A stretch of 64,000 bases of DNA, taken from assembly GCA_965217865.1 (NCBI GenBank), contig CBDCJO010000002.1:4224001-4288000 (forward strand), written 5' to 3'. Of the stretch, positions 1-9,219 are shown piece after piece. The notes below the pieces were generated by a model that worked only from the letters and a program-made list of their open reading frames with translations, did no database searches and was not told where the DNA came from. The stretch is from Candidatus Latescibacterota bacterium (GTDB lineage: Bacteria > Latescibacterota > UBA2968 > SICM01). Numbering within the stretch: the stretch's first letter is position 1; every line of letters starts with the position of its first letter. Made by a program: the position numbers and the translations under genes.

Positions 1-30
1 GCTGCAAGTGTGTTTGTCCCATCTCGTCCC

Positions 31-132
31 ATGTCATTTAACGTCTTCGCCACTTGCGAACCCGCCACCGGCGGGTTGCCGGAGGCCAAGGCGCGAATGC
101 GCCGCAGCGCAAGTCGCGCTGTTAGAAGATGT
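31..132 (-). other. attC-like hairpin site 1
   Basis: ATGTCATTTAAC...ACTTGCG / CGCAAGT...GTTAGAAGATGT. Confidence 0.85.
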
Positions 133-192
133 GGTATACCCCCATCTATCCAAACTGTAAATCAAATGAAGACTTTACTACGGTTTATAAGC

Positions 193-672
193 TCACCAAG
201 AGTCAAGAAAATTCTTACTGCGCTCGTGAAGTCTGGCGCCTTTCGGCGGCATAAGGAATCTGAACCCAGACTTCTCGTGTGTCTGCCATTTGTATGGAGT
301 ATCGCATCGTGGACACTTGATAGCATTATTCTCCGGTTCGCATCCCCGCATTGTCGCATGGCAGACTTTACAAAACGTCACACAACCGTAGCTATCTATG
401 TCTCGCGATTGTTTCTCGCCAGAGAAATCGTCATGGACAGTCTTGCAATTCAAGCAGACGAATAGCCCATGTCTATCAGGTTTCCTTCCTTCATATTCAC
501 GGAAATACCGCAGTATGGCCTCCTGTGCTTCGATGCTGATTTGACGAAAGGATTTCACTTTGGCTTCGCAGAACTGACATGGAAAGCTAATCCACTCCAC
601 CAGTTTCTTCAGACCAAAAGCAAACACCACCAGTCCCGCGAGGCCAAATCCAATAAGAAGTGCTGGATGCAT
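193..672 (-). CDS. Cassette protein with N-terminal TM helix and four CxxC motifs (zinc-ribbon-like)
   Basis: 159 aa; hydrophobic N-terminus; CQFC, CLNC, CKVC, CPRC. Confidence 0.7.
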   Translation of the reverse strand: MHPALLIGFGLAGLVVFAFGLKKLVEWISFPCQFCEAKVKSFRQISIEAQEAILRYFREYEGRKPDRHGLFVCLNCKTVHDDFSGEKQSRDIDSYGCVTFCKVCHATMRGCEPENNAIKCPRCDTPYKWQTHEKSGFRFLMPPKGARLHERSKNFLDSW

Positions 673-768
673 GGTTCATCTCCAATTTCGGACCTGCAAT
701 TGAGCAGCGACAACGCAGTATATCCCGATCTATTCCGGAGCTATACTAAACAGGTCTCTATCCCTTCC

Positions 769-934
769 ATTTCTTCTAACGTCCGCGCACTTGCGAACTG
801 CCGGCCTGTCCTCCGGAGCTGCGGCCTGTCCTTCCGAAGCTCCGAAGGAGCGAAGGAGGAAGGAGCGAAGGAGGGAGGAAAGTTGGGTCGAGGGCCGTCA
901 GGCCTGAGCCGCAAGTGCAGTTGTTATGGGAAGT
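769..934 (-). other. attC-like hairpin site 2
   Basis: ATTTCTTCTAAC-GTCCGC-GCACTTGCG ... CGCAAGTGC-AGTT-GTTATGGGAAGT. Confidence 0.9.
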
Positions 935-1017
935 TCCAGCCGGCTTCTTGACTATCTTCCCAAAAAGCATCAACTTCAGAATCGGATATTGGGTCTTAAT
1001 TTCAGAAGAGCGATCCT

Positions 1018-1668
1018 ATGGAAGATCTACAATCACTCATTAGACAGACGCGAGAAGGCAATCTCCGCGCATTTGGCTATGTAGTCCGAAGATTTCACGA
1101 CATGGCGGTCGGATACGCCTTCTCCATCCTGAACGATTTTCATTTGGCGGAAGATGTCGCTCAAGAAGCCTTTGTGCAGGCTTTCTCCAGGCTCAGTCAG
1201 CTTACGGCCCGCAGGAAACTGAAGGACATCATCACCAGCAAATTCGATGAGTTGTTGCCAGAAACTTCGCCAACACACACCTATCAAGGAGCCCAGCATA
1301 TGTTCAAAACGATGTTTCCCGAGCTGCACGTATCCGACGTCGAAAAGGCGGCGACCTTTTTCTCAGAGGCGCTTGGTTTCAAAAGAGGATTTACATACGA
1401 GGAGGAGGGGAATCTGGACTTCGTTGTAATGTCCCACGGAGACAAGACCATATACCTCCACCACATGCTTCCTGATGTTGAGTCCGAGCAACCACGTCGG
1501 ATGAGACTCTACTTCCAGCCGTACGACATTGATCGCCTTCACACAGAGCTGAAGTCAAAGGGGTTCCAGGTTTCGCAGCTTGAAGATGAGAGCTACGGGG
1601 CAAGGACGTTCACTCTGAAAGGACCTGACCAGTACGAGATTTGGTTCCAGCAATGGACATCGAACTAG
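1018..1668 (+). CDS. ECF sigma factor fragment (region 2) fused to a VOC/glyoxalase domain
   Basis: GNLRAFGYVVRRF..AEDVAQEAFVQAF, then LHVSDVEKAATFFSEALGF..YGARTFTLKGPD. Most of sigma region 4 is missing. Confidence 0.75.
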   Translation: MEDLQSLIRQTREGNLRAFGYVVRRFHDMAVGYAFSILNDFHLAEDVAQEAFVQAFSRLSQLTARRKLKDIITSKFDELLPETSPTHTYQGAQHMFKTMFPELHVSDVEKAATFFSEALGFKRGFTYEEEGNLDFVVMSHGDKTIYLHHMLPDVESEQPRRMRLYFQPYDIDRLHTELKSKGFQVSQLEDESYGARTFTLKGPDQYEIWFQQWTSN

Positions 1669-1685
1669 AGTTACCTTGGGCTGGA

Positions 1686-1782
1686 ATTTCCCATAACGTC
1701 TCGCGCATGTCCGCAGCGAGGATTTGGGAGGAAGCCGGTGGTTTTCTCCGGCTGTAGCCGGACATGCGCTGTTATATGAAGT
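1686..1782 (-). other. attC-like hairpin site 3
   Basis: ATTTCCCATAAC-GTCTC-GCGCATGTCCG ... CGGACATGCGC-T-GTTATATGAAGT. Confidence 0.9.
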
Positions 1783-1792
1783 TCGACCCCAT

Positions 1793-2539
1793 TCAATTAT
1801 ACTTTGTAGATATTTCATTGTACGATAAATTTCCCCCATAGATGTCAAGGGCAGAACCAACCGTAAAATTGATTTTGCTATTTCCATGCTTCTCTACTAA
1901 TGATATATCATTATATGATTTTATTCCTCCTGCATATGTTGTAGTAATAGGAGAAAATTCACCAAGCATTTTTATCAAATCTACTTCAACGCCTGACATT
2001 TTCCCTTCAACATCAACAGCATGCACTAAAAATTCATCACAATATTCTGATAAAAACAATAAGCAATCTTTATCAATTTTACAGTTTGTGAACTTGCTCC
2101 ACTTGTCGGTCATAATATAATAATCTGTCTCCTTTTTCCTTGAACTCAGATCTAATACAATATTATCTTTTTCAACAACCTTTCGGAGTTTTTTAAGATT
2201 ATTTAGATCAATTTCACCATTATTAAACACAAATGATGTTACAATTATATGTGATGCTCCTTTTGAAATATAATAGTCAGCATTTTCGTCATTAATCCCA
2301 CCGCCAACTTGAAGCCCTTTTGGGAACACTTCAAGGGCCTTTATTACTTGAGATTCATTTCCAGGGCCTAGCATCATAATATGACCGCCATATAGATTGC
2401 TGTTTTTAAACATTGTAGCATAATAGGTTGCTGGTTGAGTAGAAATAAAATTCTGTTTAATTTCATTGTCTTTTAATGTACTGCCAATAATCTGTTTTAC
2501 TAATCCATTATGAAGGTCAATACATGACCTGAATTTCAT
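1793..2539 (-). CDS. hisA: ProFAR isomerase, His6/eukaryotic-type HisA
   Basis: KFRSCIDLHNGLVKQIIG, LQVGGGI, EFLVHAVDVEG, FTVGSALDIYGG; strongly AT-rich. Confidence 0.9.
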   Translation of the reverse strand: MKFRSCIDLHNGLVKQIIGSTLKDNEIKQNFISTQPATYYATMFKNSNLYGGHIMMLGPGNESQVIKALEVFPKGLQVGGGINDENADYYISKGASHIIVTSFVFNNGEIDLNNLKKLRKVVEKDNIVLDLSSRKKETDYYIMTDKWSKFTNCKIDKDCLLFLSEYCDEFLVHAVDVEGKMSGVEVDLIKMLGEFSPITTTYAGGIKSYNDISLVEKHGNSKINFTVGSALDIYGGNLSYNEISTKYN

Positions 2540-2747
2540 TTATCATTACCTATTAGAAATATTATACAATGGGGTCGAATTTCATATCACGTTTCGGCTG
2601 TCCTGAACCGCGAAGCGGTTGGGTCGGAAGGAGCGAAGCGACTGGAGCCAGGAACAGCCTGATATTAATATAAAGGCCCTCGTTGTCAGGAGAGGTTATA
2701 ATTGAGATCCGGATATCTCAATCACCTTTCTCCCACAGGAGGGCCTT

Positions 2748-3791
2748 ATGCAATACGCAAGGATCGACTCGAACTATTTCTGTGGCATCGATCTCCACGC
2801 CAGAACGATGTTTGTCTGCATCATGGACAAGATGGGAGAGATTGTGTTCCAGCGCAACCTGAAAAACGACTTCAAGCTCCTGCTGCAGGTGCTGGAAACT
2901 CACCTCGGTAGCATCGCCGTCGGGGTGGAGTCAACCTTCAACTGGTACTGGCTGGCTGACGGGTGTCACAAGGCCGGGATTCCATTCTACCTGGGACACG
3001 CCCTGTATATGAAGGCGATCCATGGGGGCAAGAAAAAGAACGACCGTCTCGATTCCAGAATGCTGGCTGAGCTGATGCGCTGCAACCTGTTCCCGATGGC
3101 CTATGCCTATCCGCAAGAGATGCGGGCAACCCGGGACCTGCTCCGGCGAAGACACCGGTTTGTGGCCTTACGGGCTGAGTGTTACACCCACATCCAGAAC
3201 ACCTTCTCTCAGCAAGCTATCCTGGATCCTCTCAGCGACCAGGTCAAAAAGAAGAGCAACAGGAGAAAGCTGTGCGAACGTCTGGCCGACCCAGATCTGA
3301 GTATGTCTGTGGACTGCGATCTGGACCTGGTTGACTCCCTGGACAAAATGATCTACAAAGTCGAGAAGCAAGTCTTGGCACAGGCCAAACATCACGATCG
3401 CAATGTCCTGTCTATCCTGATGACGGTTCCCGGACTTGGGGAGATGTTGGCCATGACCATCCTGTATGAAATCCACACGATTGAACGGTTCAAATCCGCT
3501 TCAGCCTTCTCCTCCTACAGCCGGCTGATCAAAGTCGAGAGAGAGTCCGCTGGAAAGAAGACAAAGGACGGGAATAACAAAATCGGCAACCCACACCTAA
3601 AGTGGGCCTTCTCAGAAATCATCCTCGTCGCCCAGCGATGGTCAGAACCGATCAATAGATACTACGAGAAGCTCAAAAGCAAACAAGGTCCGGGAAAAGC
3701 CAAGAGCGTCATCGCTCACAAATTCGGCGTGGCCGCCTACCAAATGCTCAAAAACGGCCAGGCATTCGACGAGAAACGGTTTGTAGCATAA
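2748..3791 (+). CDS. IS110-family transposase/recombinase
   Basis: GIDLH, VGVEST, KKNDRLDS, VPGLG, RESAGK, GNPHLKWAF motifs. Confidence 0.95.
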   Translation: MQYARIDSNYFCGIDLHARTMFVCIMDKMGEIVFQRNLKNDFKLLLQVLETHLGSIAVGVESTFNWYWLADGCHKAGIPFYLGHALYMKAIHGGKKKNDRLDSRMLAELMRCNLFPMAYAYPQEMRATRDLLRRRHRFVALRAECYTHIQNTFSQQAILDPLSDQVKKKSNRRKLCERLADPDLSMSVDCDLDLVDSLDKMIYKVEKQVLAQAKHHDRNVLSILMTVPGLGEMLAMTILYEIHTIERFKSASAFSSYSRLIKVERESAGKKTKDGNNKIGNPHLKWAFSEIILVAQRWSEPINRYYEKLKSKQGPGKAKSVIAHKFGVAAYQMLKNGQAFDEKRFVA

Positions 3792-3792
3792 T

Positions 3793-4260
3793 GGGTGGGG
3801 CGGTTAACCCGGCGCCTAACTGGCAGGGCAACGTCCGGACAATAGCCCAGCTCATCGGCTTGATTGGGAAGCCGCCTTCACCCCTTATTTAGAACATAGA
3901 TGAGCGGATCTGAGACAGTCAGTCCGTCTGCCCCCGCGATGAACCCGAACCTAACTGGCGTTCCCCCTCATAAAAGGGGAGAACAGCCATCCTTCTTGAT
4001 TGGGACTCAAGGGGTACCGATTATTTTCTGGAGGGAGAGGACAATGCCTCTCCCAGGGCGCTCCACAGTATACCGTGAGAGGCGCTTGATTCCCGATACG
4101 TGTTTGGTGCAGATGGCTCACATCTAGCCCGGTTTGTGAAAATCAAGTCAGACCGACGACTGACAAAGATCCGAACATCGCCAAACCTCTTCGGATCGGC
4201 TCATTGCACGCCCCGAACGTTAGGGTCGCAAAAAAACGGTGAAAATCGTGATGGAGGAGT
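3793..4260 (+). ncRNA. Putative bridge/seek RNA of the IS1111 element
   Basis: Structured non-coding region 3' of the transposase. Two stem-closed internal loops share CCTAACTGGC and TTGATTGGGA. Boundaries inferred. Confidence 0.7.
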
Positions 4261-4366
4261 CTTTTTTTCTTGACCCGGGGCCTTTAATATGTGTTATGTG
4301 TCTGTGGCAGTTTTGCGATGAGTCAAAACAATAAAGGGGACACCATCAACTTCCCTGGTTTTTCTT

Positions 4367-4888
4367 TTAATCTATCACAATTCTCAGTAGGGTTTCAAAA
4401 CGCTTCTCCATATAGTGGACCTCAGGTGCATCTTCTCTTGGCCCCAAATCCTTCCATCCATACTTCAAATAAAATCTCGCCGCAACAGCATTCGACGGAC
4501 TGACATTAAGTCGGGCTCTCTTACATCCAAGCTGTTTAAAAAATAATCCTACATGCTTGTCGAGCAAATAACCCATACCTTTCTCTCGATATTCCGGAAT
4601 CAGATAATAGAGGTTGACATATCCTACAGCGGGGTCAATCCTCCATCTGCCCATCTCGATCTGACCAATGATCTTATCATCCTTCCAGACGTGGATACAG
4701 CTATTAGGAATCTCACCCATGCGCTGTCTGAGCCAGTTAATATATCTTTCGGCTCCTTTTCCATCGACCTCATGGAATCTCTCTGCCGATCCGAAACTGC
4801 AGATGTAAGAATCCTCTCTGAACTTGATGCACAAATCGGCATGTCGCTCCAAATCAATAGGAATGAAATCCAGATGGTCAACCTTCAT
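4367..4888 (-). CDS. GNAT-family N-acetyltransferase
   Basis: YLIPEYREKGMG and NAVAARFYLKYGW motifs. Confidence 0.9.
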   Translation of the reverse strand: MKVDHLDFIPIDLERHADLCIKFREDSYICSFGSAERFHEVDGKGAERYINWLRQRMGEIPNSCIHVWKDDKIIGQIEMGRWRIDPAVGYVNLYYLIPEYREKGMGYLLDKHVGLFFKQLGCKRARLNVSPSNAVAARFYLKYGWKDLGPREDAPEVHYMEKRFETLLRIVID

Positions 4889-5037
4889 ACTTTTGTTCCT
4901 ACGACTATAAAATGGTCTTATTCACTGTCGAACAGGCATATCTGAATATCAAGATCGAATTGTGGCAAACCGGGCAAGGATGATGGGAGAACTGATTTTG
5001 TCCCCCTTGTGTTTTTCAGATCGACCCCAAAACTGCC

Positions 5038-5176
5038 ATTGCACATAACGTCTGAACACTCCCGAAGGGGCCGTGTATCGGAAAAGGAAGCAGTGTTTTT
5101 TGCCATCAGCCAATGAATCAGTCACGGCCCTTTTGACCGAGCGCAGCGAGTCGGGAGTGGGTTGTTAAATGCTGGT
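5038..5176 (-). other. attC-like hairpin site 5
   Basis: ATTGCACATAAC..CACTCCCGA..GGGGCCGTG / CACGGCCCC..TCGGGAGTG..GTTAAATGC. Confidence 0.9.
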
Positions 5177-5256
5177 GGCGCGCCCCCTTCACGGCGAAGC
5201 CCTAAACGGGGCGGAAATACAGCGCACCCCTTCACCTTGTTTTCCCTACTTCGATC

Positions 5257-5856
5257 CTAATCCAACTTCTCCCTCGCAATCTCCACAATCCGGCCTCGCA
5301 CCACCTGTACGTCCTGTTCTCGAACTGTCCCCAGAGATCCTATCTCATCTCGAATCAGGCCTGCCACACGCTCCGTCACATTCTGGAAAATTCGATCCTG
5401 CACGGCCTGGCTAGCCCCATTCAGCGCAACTGCCAAATCTCTCGTATTCAGCTCACGTAGCATCCCTTGTATTTCCCGGTCGCTCAAATTTATAAGATCC
5501 TCAAACGTGTTCACCTCACGTATCCGTTCCGATAACCGACTTACCTGCTCCATCTCTTCGGCCGAAAGCGACCAGTCGAACACATCCATATTCTCTTTCA
5601 GATGCCCCTCTGAACTCGCCTTGGGAATCACCACCATCCCCTGCTGCACCAACCACCGCAGTCCCACCTGCCCGGGGGTCTTACTGTGGCACTGGCCAAT
5701 ATTGATCAGAGCAGGCTCTCCCAGAATGCGACCCCTTCCTAACGGCGTATGTGCTGTCACCACCACGTTGTGTTCTCGACACCATCGCAACACGTCCCGC
5801 TTCTCCTCCCCGGGATGGTACCTGATCTGGTTCACGCTAATGGGTACCTCGCTAAC
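5257..5856 (-). pseudogene. 5'-truncated aldo/keto reductase fused to a FliG C-terminal domain
   Basis: NQIRYHP..TAHTPLGRG..QVGLRWLVQQG..IPKASS..LKENMDVFDW, then TFEDLINLSDREIQGMLRE. The AKR N-terminal half is absent. Confidence 0.8.
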
Positions 5857-6016
5857 GTCCGAAGCTGCGCTTTGCCCACCATAGCTTCCATGGCCACCGA
5901 AGCTTCCCTGGCCACCGAAGCGTCAGCGAAGGTGGCAGAGTAGGTGGGCAGCAGCGGAGGAGGAAGTGGGTTGGTGCGGAGCGTAGCGGAGCCGTGAGCC
6001 ACATGTTAAATGCAGT
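5845..6016 (-). other. attC-like site 6, chimeric or degenerate
   Basis: Right half nearly identical to that of site 10; centre shared with site 8; left arm does not pair with right arm. Confidence 0.65.
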
Positions 6017-6075
6017 GCAGGTTTAGCATGCACATTACCTGACGGGGCAAATCTTTGACTCTGCGTTGAAGAAAA

Positions 6076-7401
6076 CTACCCTTCCTTCGGTTTCTTGAAC
6101 CACCACGTGGCTTCAAGGTGTTTTGGAGGAGGGGGGTGGGGCAGCGGGATCCAGGCCCCGACATCCACATCAGGACCCGTAGTCCCAGAGGGCCGGATAT
6201 CATCAGACGGACTCCCGTCTCCGGAATACTTGATATATAGCTTTAGAAATTTCGTCTTTTGTGTAACAACATCAGTTCCAAGGAAATTGCGGATCGGGAA
6301 GAAAAGCTTTACCCGTGCCTCACGTGGGGAATATGTATAAGCTCCTGTTGATTCCTCAAGGGAATCGGTACCGGGAGATAAGCGCCACCCTTTCCTCCAG
6401 ACGATCTCTCCTGTATGGCGGACCTGCATTGGTTCGTGAGGCCGAACGATACCCATCTCCTCTACTTCAATGGGCTCATAGGCAGTTCCCTCATTGTCCT
6501 CCAAATAAATGGTCCAGTTCTTCAACGAAAGAAAAGAGGGCGCGTAAGGTGTTCTCACCTTAAGGCGGATGAAAATGGCGTTCTCAATCCGGTTTTTCGA
6601 CCAGTAAGCCTCACGGATCGTAGATAAGTTCCGACCCTTTGGATTGTAGTATTTGCAGATATGGTGGACTTCTGCCTCGACCAGGTCGGGCGACATCAGG
6701 GTGGCGGCCACGGTGAGGGGTGAACGAACAAGACGATTCTCCAGCCCTGGCCCATGCTTTCCACGGGTCGGCTGCCATAAATCGTCTGTAATGTGCGACT
6801 CACCTCGCAGGGGATCGTTTAAGGGCGCGTACGTTCTAACTATCCAAGTCTTCAGGAGGTCGGAGTAGGACTTCGACTGATCCTGCTTCTGGGGCTTGGT
6901 AAAACTGACATAGTAAACATCCGTTTGATTTGGTTCGTGCAGCCCAGCCCAGGTGTCAATGTAACAGAAAGGCATCTTTTGGTTAAACCGAAGGTCCAAC
7001 AGGCGATCCTTGCGTTTCGTCATATCATCCAGACGGTCCTGCTGCCGGCTGTCGAGACTTCCTCTGAAGTTGTTCAAGACTCTGTCGACTTCTGCGATTG
7101 CTTTCTTCTTTCTATCCCTTACCTCGTTGAGGTCTCCACTCATCCCTTTCCAGATAGCTGCTTCAGATGTCATCCTCGCATAGTCCCACTCGAAGGCCTT
7201 CAAAGTATTTCGGATCTGGGAAATCTTCCACCTTGCTGAATCCTGTTGCGCTGGGGATAGCTTTAGTTTCTTTGTGAGCTTTCGAAGGTCCAACAGATCT
7301 TCCGGTCCTCGACCATGACCATAGGCAACCAAAGCCGGAAAAATGATACAGAGCGCCACAAAGAACCGAGGCCAATGTGTGGTAGTACTTTTTCTCACCA
7401 T
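6076..7401 (-). CDS. Secreted hypothetical protein (cassette)
   Basis: 441 aa ORF; signal-peptide-like N-terminus; helical LKLSPAQQ segment. Confidence 0.75.
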   Translation of the reverse strand: MVRKSTTTHWPRFFVALCIIFPALVAYGHGRGPEDLLDLRKLTKKLKLSPAQQDSARWKISQIRNTLKAFEWDYARMTSEAAIWKGMSGDLNEVRDRKKKAIAEVDRVLNNFRGSLDSRQQDRLDDMTKRKDRLLDLRFNQKMPFCYIDTWAGLHEPNQTDVYYVSFTKPQKQDQSKSYSDLLKTWIVRTYAPLNDPLRGESHITDDLWQPTRGKHGPGLENRLVRSPLTVAATLMSPDLVEAEVHHICKYYNPKGRNLSTIREAYWSKNRIENAIFIRLKVRTPYAPSFLSLKNWTIYLEDNEGTAYEPIEVEEMGIVRPHEPMQVRHTGEIVWRKGWRLSPGTDSLEESTGAYTYSPREARVKLFFPIRNFLGTDVVTQKTKFLKLYIKYSGDGSPSDDIRPSGTTGPDVDVGAWIPLPHPPPPKHLEATWWFKKPKEG

Positions 7402-7435
7402 TCCCCCCTACCCTTGCTGTAGGTTGAATACCTGC

Positions 7436-7584
7436 ATTGCATTTAATGTTCAGGGTTGCAGAAGTGGCCGTGCATTGGTAAAGATAAAAAAGTTTTACAG
7501 GAAAGTATAAAAGAAAAACCTACGGCCATTTTTGGGGTGGGTGGAAGGTGAGGTGGGGAACTGCAACCCGGTGTTAGACGCCGC
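7436..7584 (-). other. attC-like hairpin site 7
   Basis: ATTGCATTTAAT-GTTCA-GGGTTGCAG ... CTGCAACCC-GGT-GTTAGAC. Confidence 0.85.
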
Positions 7585-7858
7585 GGGCTCCGCTTTTCAC
7601 ATCCTCATGATTTATTTAAGAGAGGCCTCAGTTCCCTTCGCGTTTCCACGGCAGTGCGCTTTGCTCAACGGCTTTTCGGACATTACCGAGCCAAATTGGC
7701 CATAACCAATCCGTCTCGCACCCGAGGGGCAGATACTTCTTGTCAATAATGTGCTTCTGCTCGCGGTCAACTTTGGCTTGGACATAGCGTTCAACCTGAG
7801 AGAAGGGAATCCACGCATAGGGTCCACTCTCAAAGTAGGATCTGTCATTTTTAGGTGT

Positions 7859-8059
7859 TCAAAGGCGACGGTGAGGAGCGCAGAACAGCATTTCGACACC
7901 ATTCCACATCCTCTCGCGGTCGGAGGTCAATCGGACATCAAGCTCGACGGCATCCACGCCAAGGTCAATTGCACGCTGAAAAGCTTGAATAGTATTCTCA
8001 GGTGCTTCACCAGGAGCACCTCTATGAGCTACGATCTCGAATTGATCCACTTTCTCCAA
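7859..8059 (-). pseudogene. Glycerophosphodiester phosphodiesterase N-terminal fragment
   Basis: [35 protein letters not shown], then similarity is lost and the frame stops early. Confidence 0.8.
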
Positions 8060-8128
8060 GGCCGCTGTTTAATAACCGTTTATGAATTGCTCCCCCCCTT
8101 GCCCACTCTCGAATTACCACAAACCCTC

Positions 8129-8306
8129 ATTTCGCCTAACGATTTCGCCGTGCCCGAACCGGCGGCTTGTCCACCGAAGCGGCGTCTTACCCACCGTAGC
8201 TTCCCTGGCCACCGAAGCGTCAGCGAAGGTGGGCAGCCGCGAAGGTGGAAGCCGGTTGGGCGAAGGGCGTAAGCCCGTAGCCGGGCACGGACGTGTTATG
8301 CGGCGT
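8129..8306 (-). other. attC-like hairpin site 8
   Basis: ATTTCGCCTAAC..CCGTGCCCG / CGGGCACGG..GTTATGCGGCGT. Confidence 0.85.
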
Positions 8307-8335
8307 TAGCTTCCTCTCGTTCATCACAAGGGAAA

Positions 8336-8917
8336 TTAAGAATCCAACATTTTCCTCAAGTGCTGCAATACCAGTGTATCTCGTTTAGTCCAAAGCGGCG
8401 GATTCGCGGTCGGCGAATTAAGTAGAGCCGAGTTTTTCTGGATCGCATCATCGATTGTTACCCAGGTAGGAGTAAACTCCAGATCCTCTTCGTATTGATC
8501 CAAGGTTTGCTCTCCGAGCGTCGGCTCTACGTCACAGAGATAATAGTGGGATCTCATCTTAAAAACGTCGTAGTCTGCATCAGAAGCCGGACCGTAGGTT
8601 ACCATCTTTCCATAAGCACCACGAACAGCCGTAACCTTTGTCCCACACTCTTCACGTATTTCTCGAACAAGTGCCTCTTCGTGCGTCTCGCCAGACTCAA
8701 TGCCACCACCTGGAAACTTGAAATCGCCATTCTTGGGAGAGAATACCATCAGCAACTCACATTCACGAAGAATAATGCCCCGTACCGCATCTCTCAGACA
8801 TGTCCGACCACTGAGATCTAGGTCTTCCGGCCGAATCAGTTTTCCAATAACTTGCATATCGTATAACTCTTTAGTGATGTGATCGCGAGTTGATGCTACC
8901 AGAGGTTGATGAGTCAA
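8336..8917 (-). CDS. NUDIX hydrolase
   Basis: Nudix box GGGIESGETHEEALVREIREECG; start may be the downstream ATG. Confidence 0.9.
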   Translation of the reverse strand: MTHQPLVASTRDHITKELYDMQVIGKLIRPEDLDLSGRTCLRDAVRGIILRECELLMVFSPKNGDFKFPGGGIESGETHEEALVREIREECGTKVTAVRGAYGKMVTYGPASDADYDVFKMRSHYYLCDVEPTLGEQTLDQYEEDLEFTPTWVTIDDAIQKNSALLNSPTANPPLWTKRDTLVLQHLRKMLDS

Positions 8918-8932
8918 CTAAGTCTCTAACTA

Positions 8933-9040
8933 ATGCCGCATAACGTTCGTGGATCTCTAAACCCGCCCGTGTTTTTTTGGCGGGTTGCCGAAGGCCGAAC
9001 GACCGAAGGGAGTGAGCAGAGATCCATTGTTATAGGATGT
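8933..9040 (-). other. attC-like hairpin site 9
   Basis: ATGCCGCATAAC-GTTCG-TGGATCTCT ... AGAGATCCA-TT-GTTATAGGATGT. Confidence 0.9.
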
Positions 9041-9219
9041 GCCAGCCCGGGGTGGGGTAGGGGCTTGCCAAGAACGGAAAGCTTCGGAGAATCTTCAAGA
9101 CGCAGATAGCATATCTCCTGGAGCATATGTCTCCACAGGGCCTCCTTCGCTACATCCAGCCCCCCTCATGTCCTGGTTAAACAGCGATCTCAGCCTGGGC
9201 TCTCCGAGGTTGCCTACAG

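Larger units (their letters stand above)
2664..4290 (+). mobile_element. IS110-family, IS1111-type insertion sequence (ends uncertain by about 2 bp)
   Basis: Sub-terminal IRs TAAAGGCCC (2671-2679) and GGGCCTTTA (4278-4286); DEDD recombinase; ~500 bp downstream non-coding region; no long TSD. Confidence 0.9.
2579..4305 (-). other. attC-like hairpin site 4, interrupted by an IS1111-type element
   Basis: ATTTCATATCAC-GTTTC-GGCTGTCCTG ... CAGGAACAGCC, then the IS, then GTTATGTG. Confidence 0.8.

Noticed and set aside
8060-8128. Additional attC-like site
   Set aside because: TTTAATAAC is present but there is no pairing arm or closing GTT.
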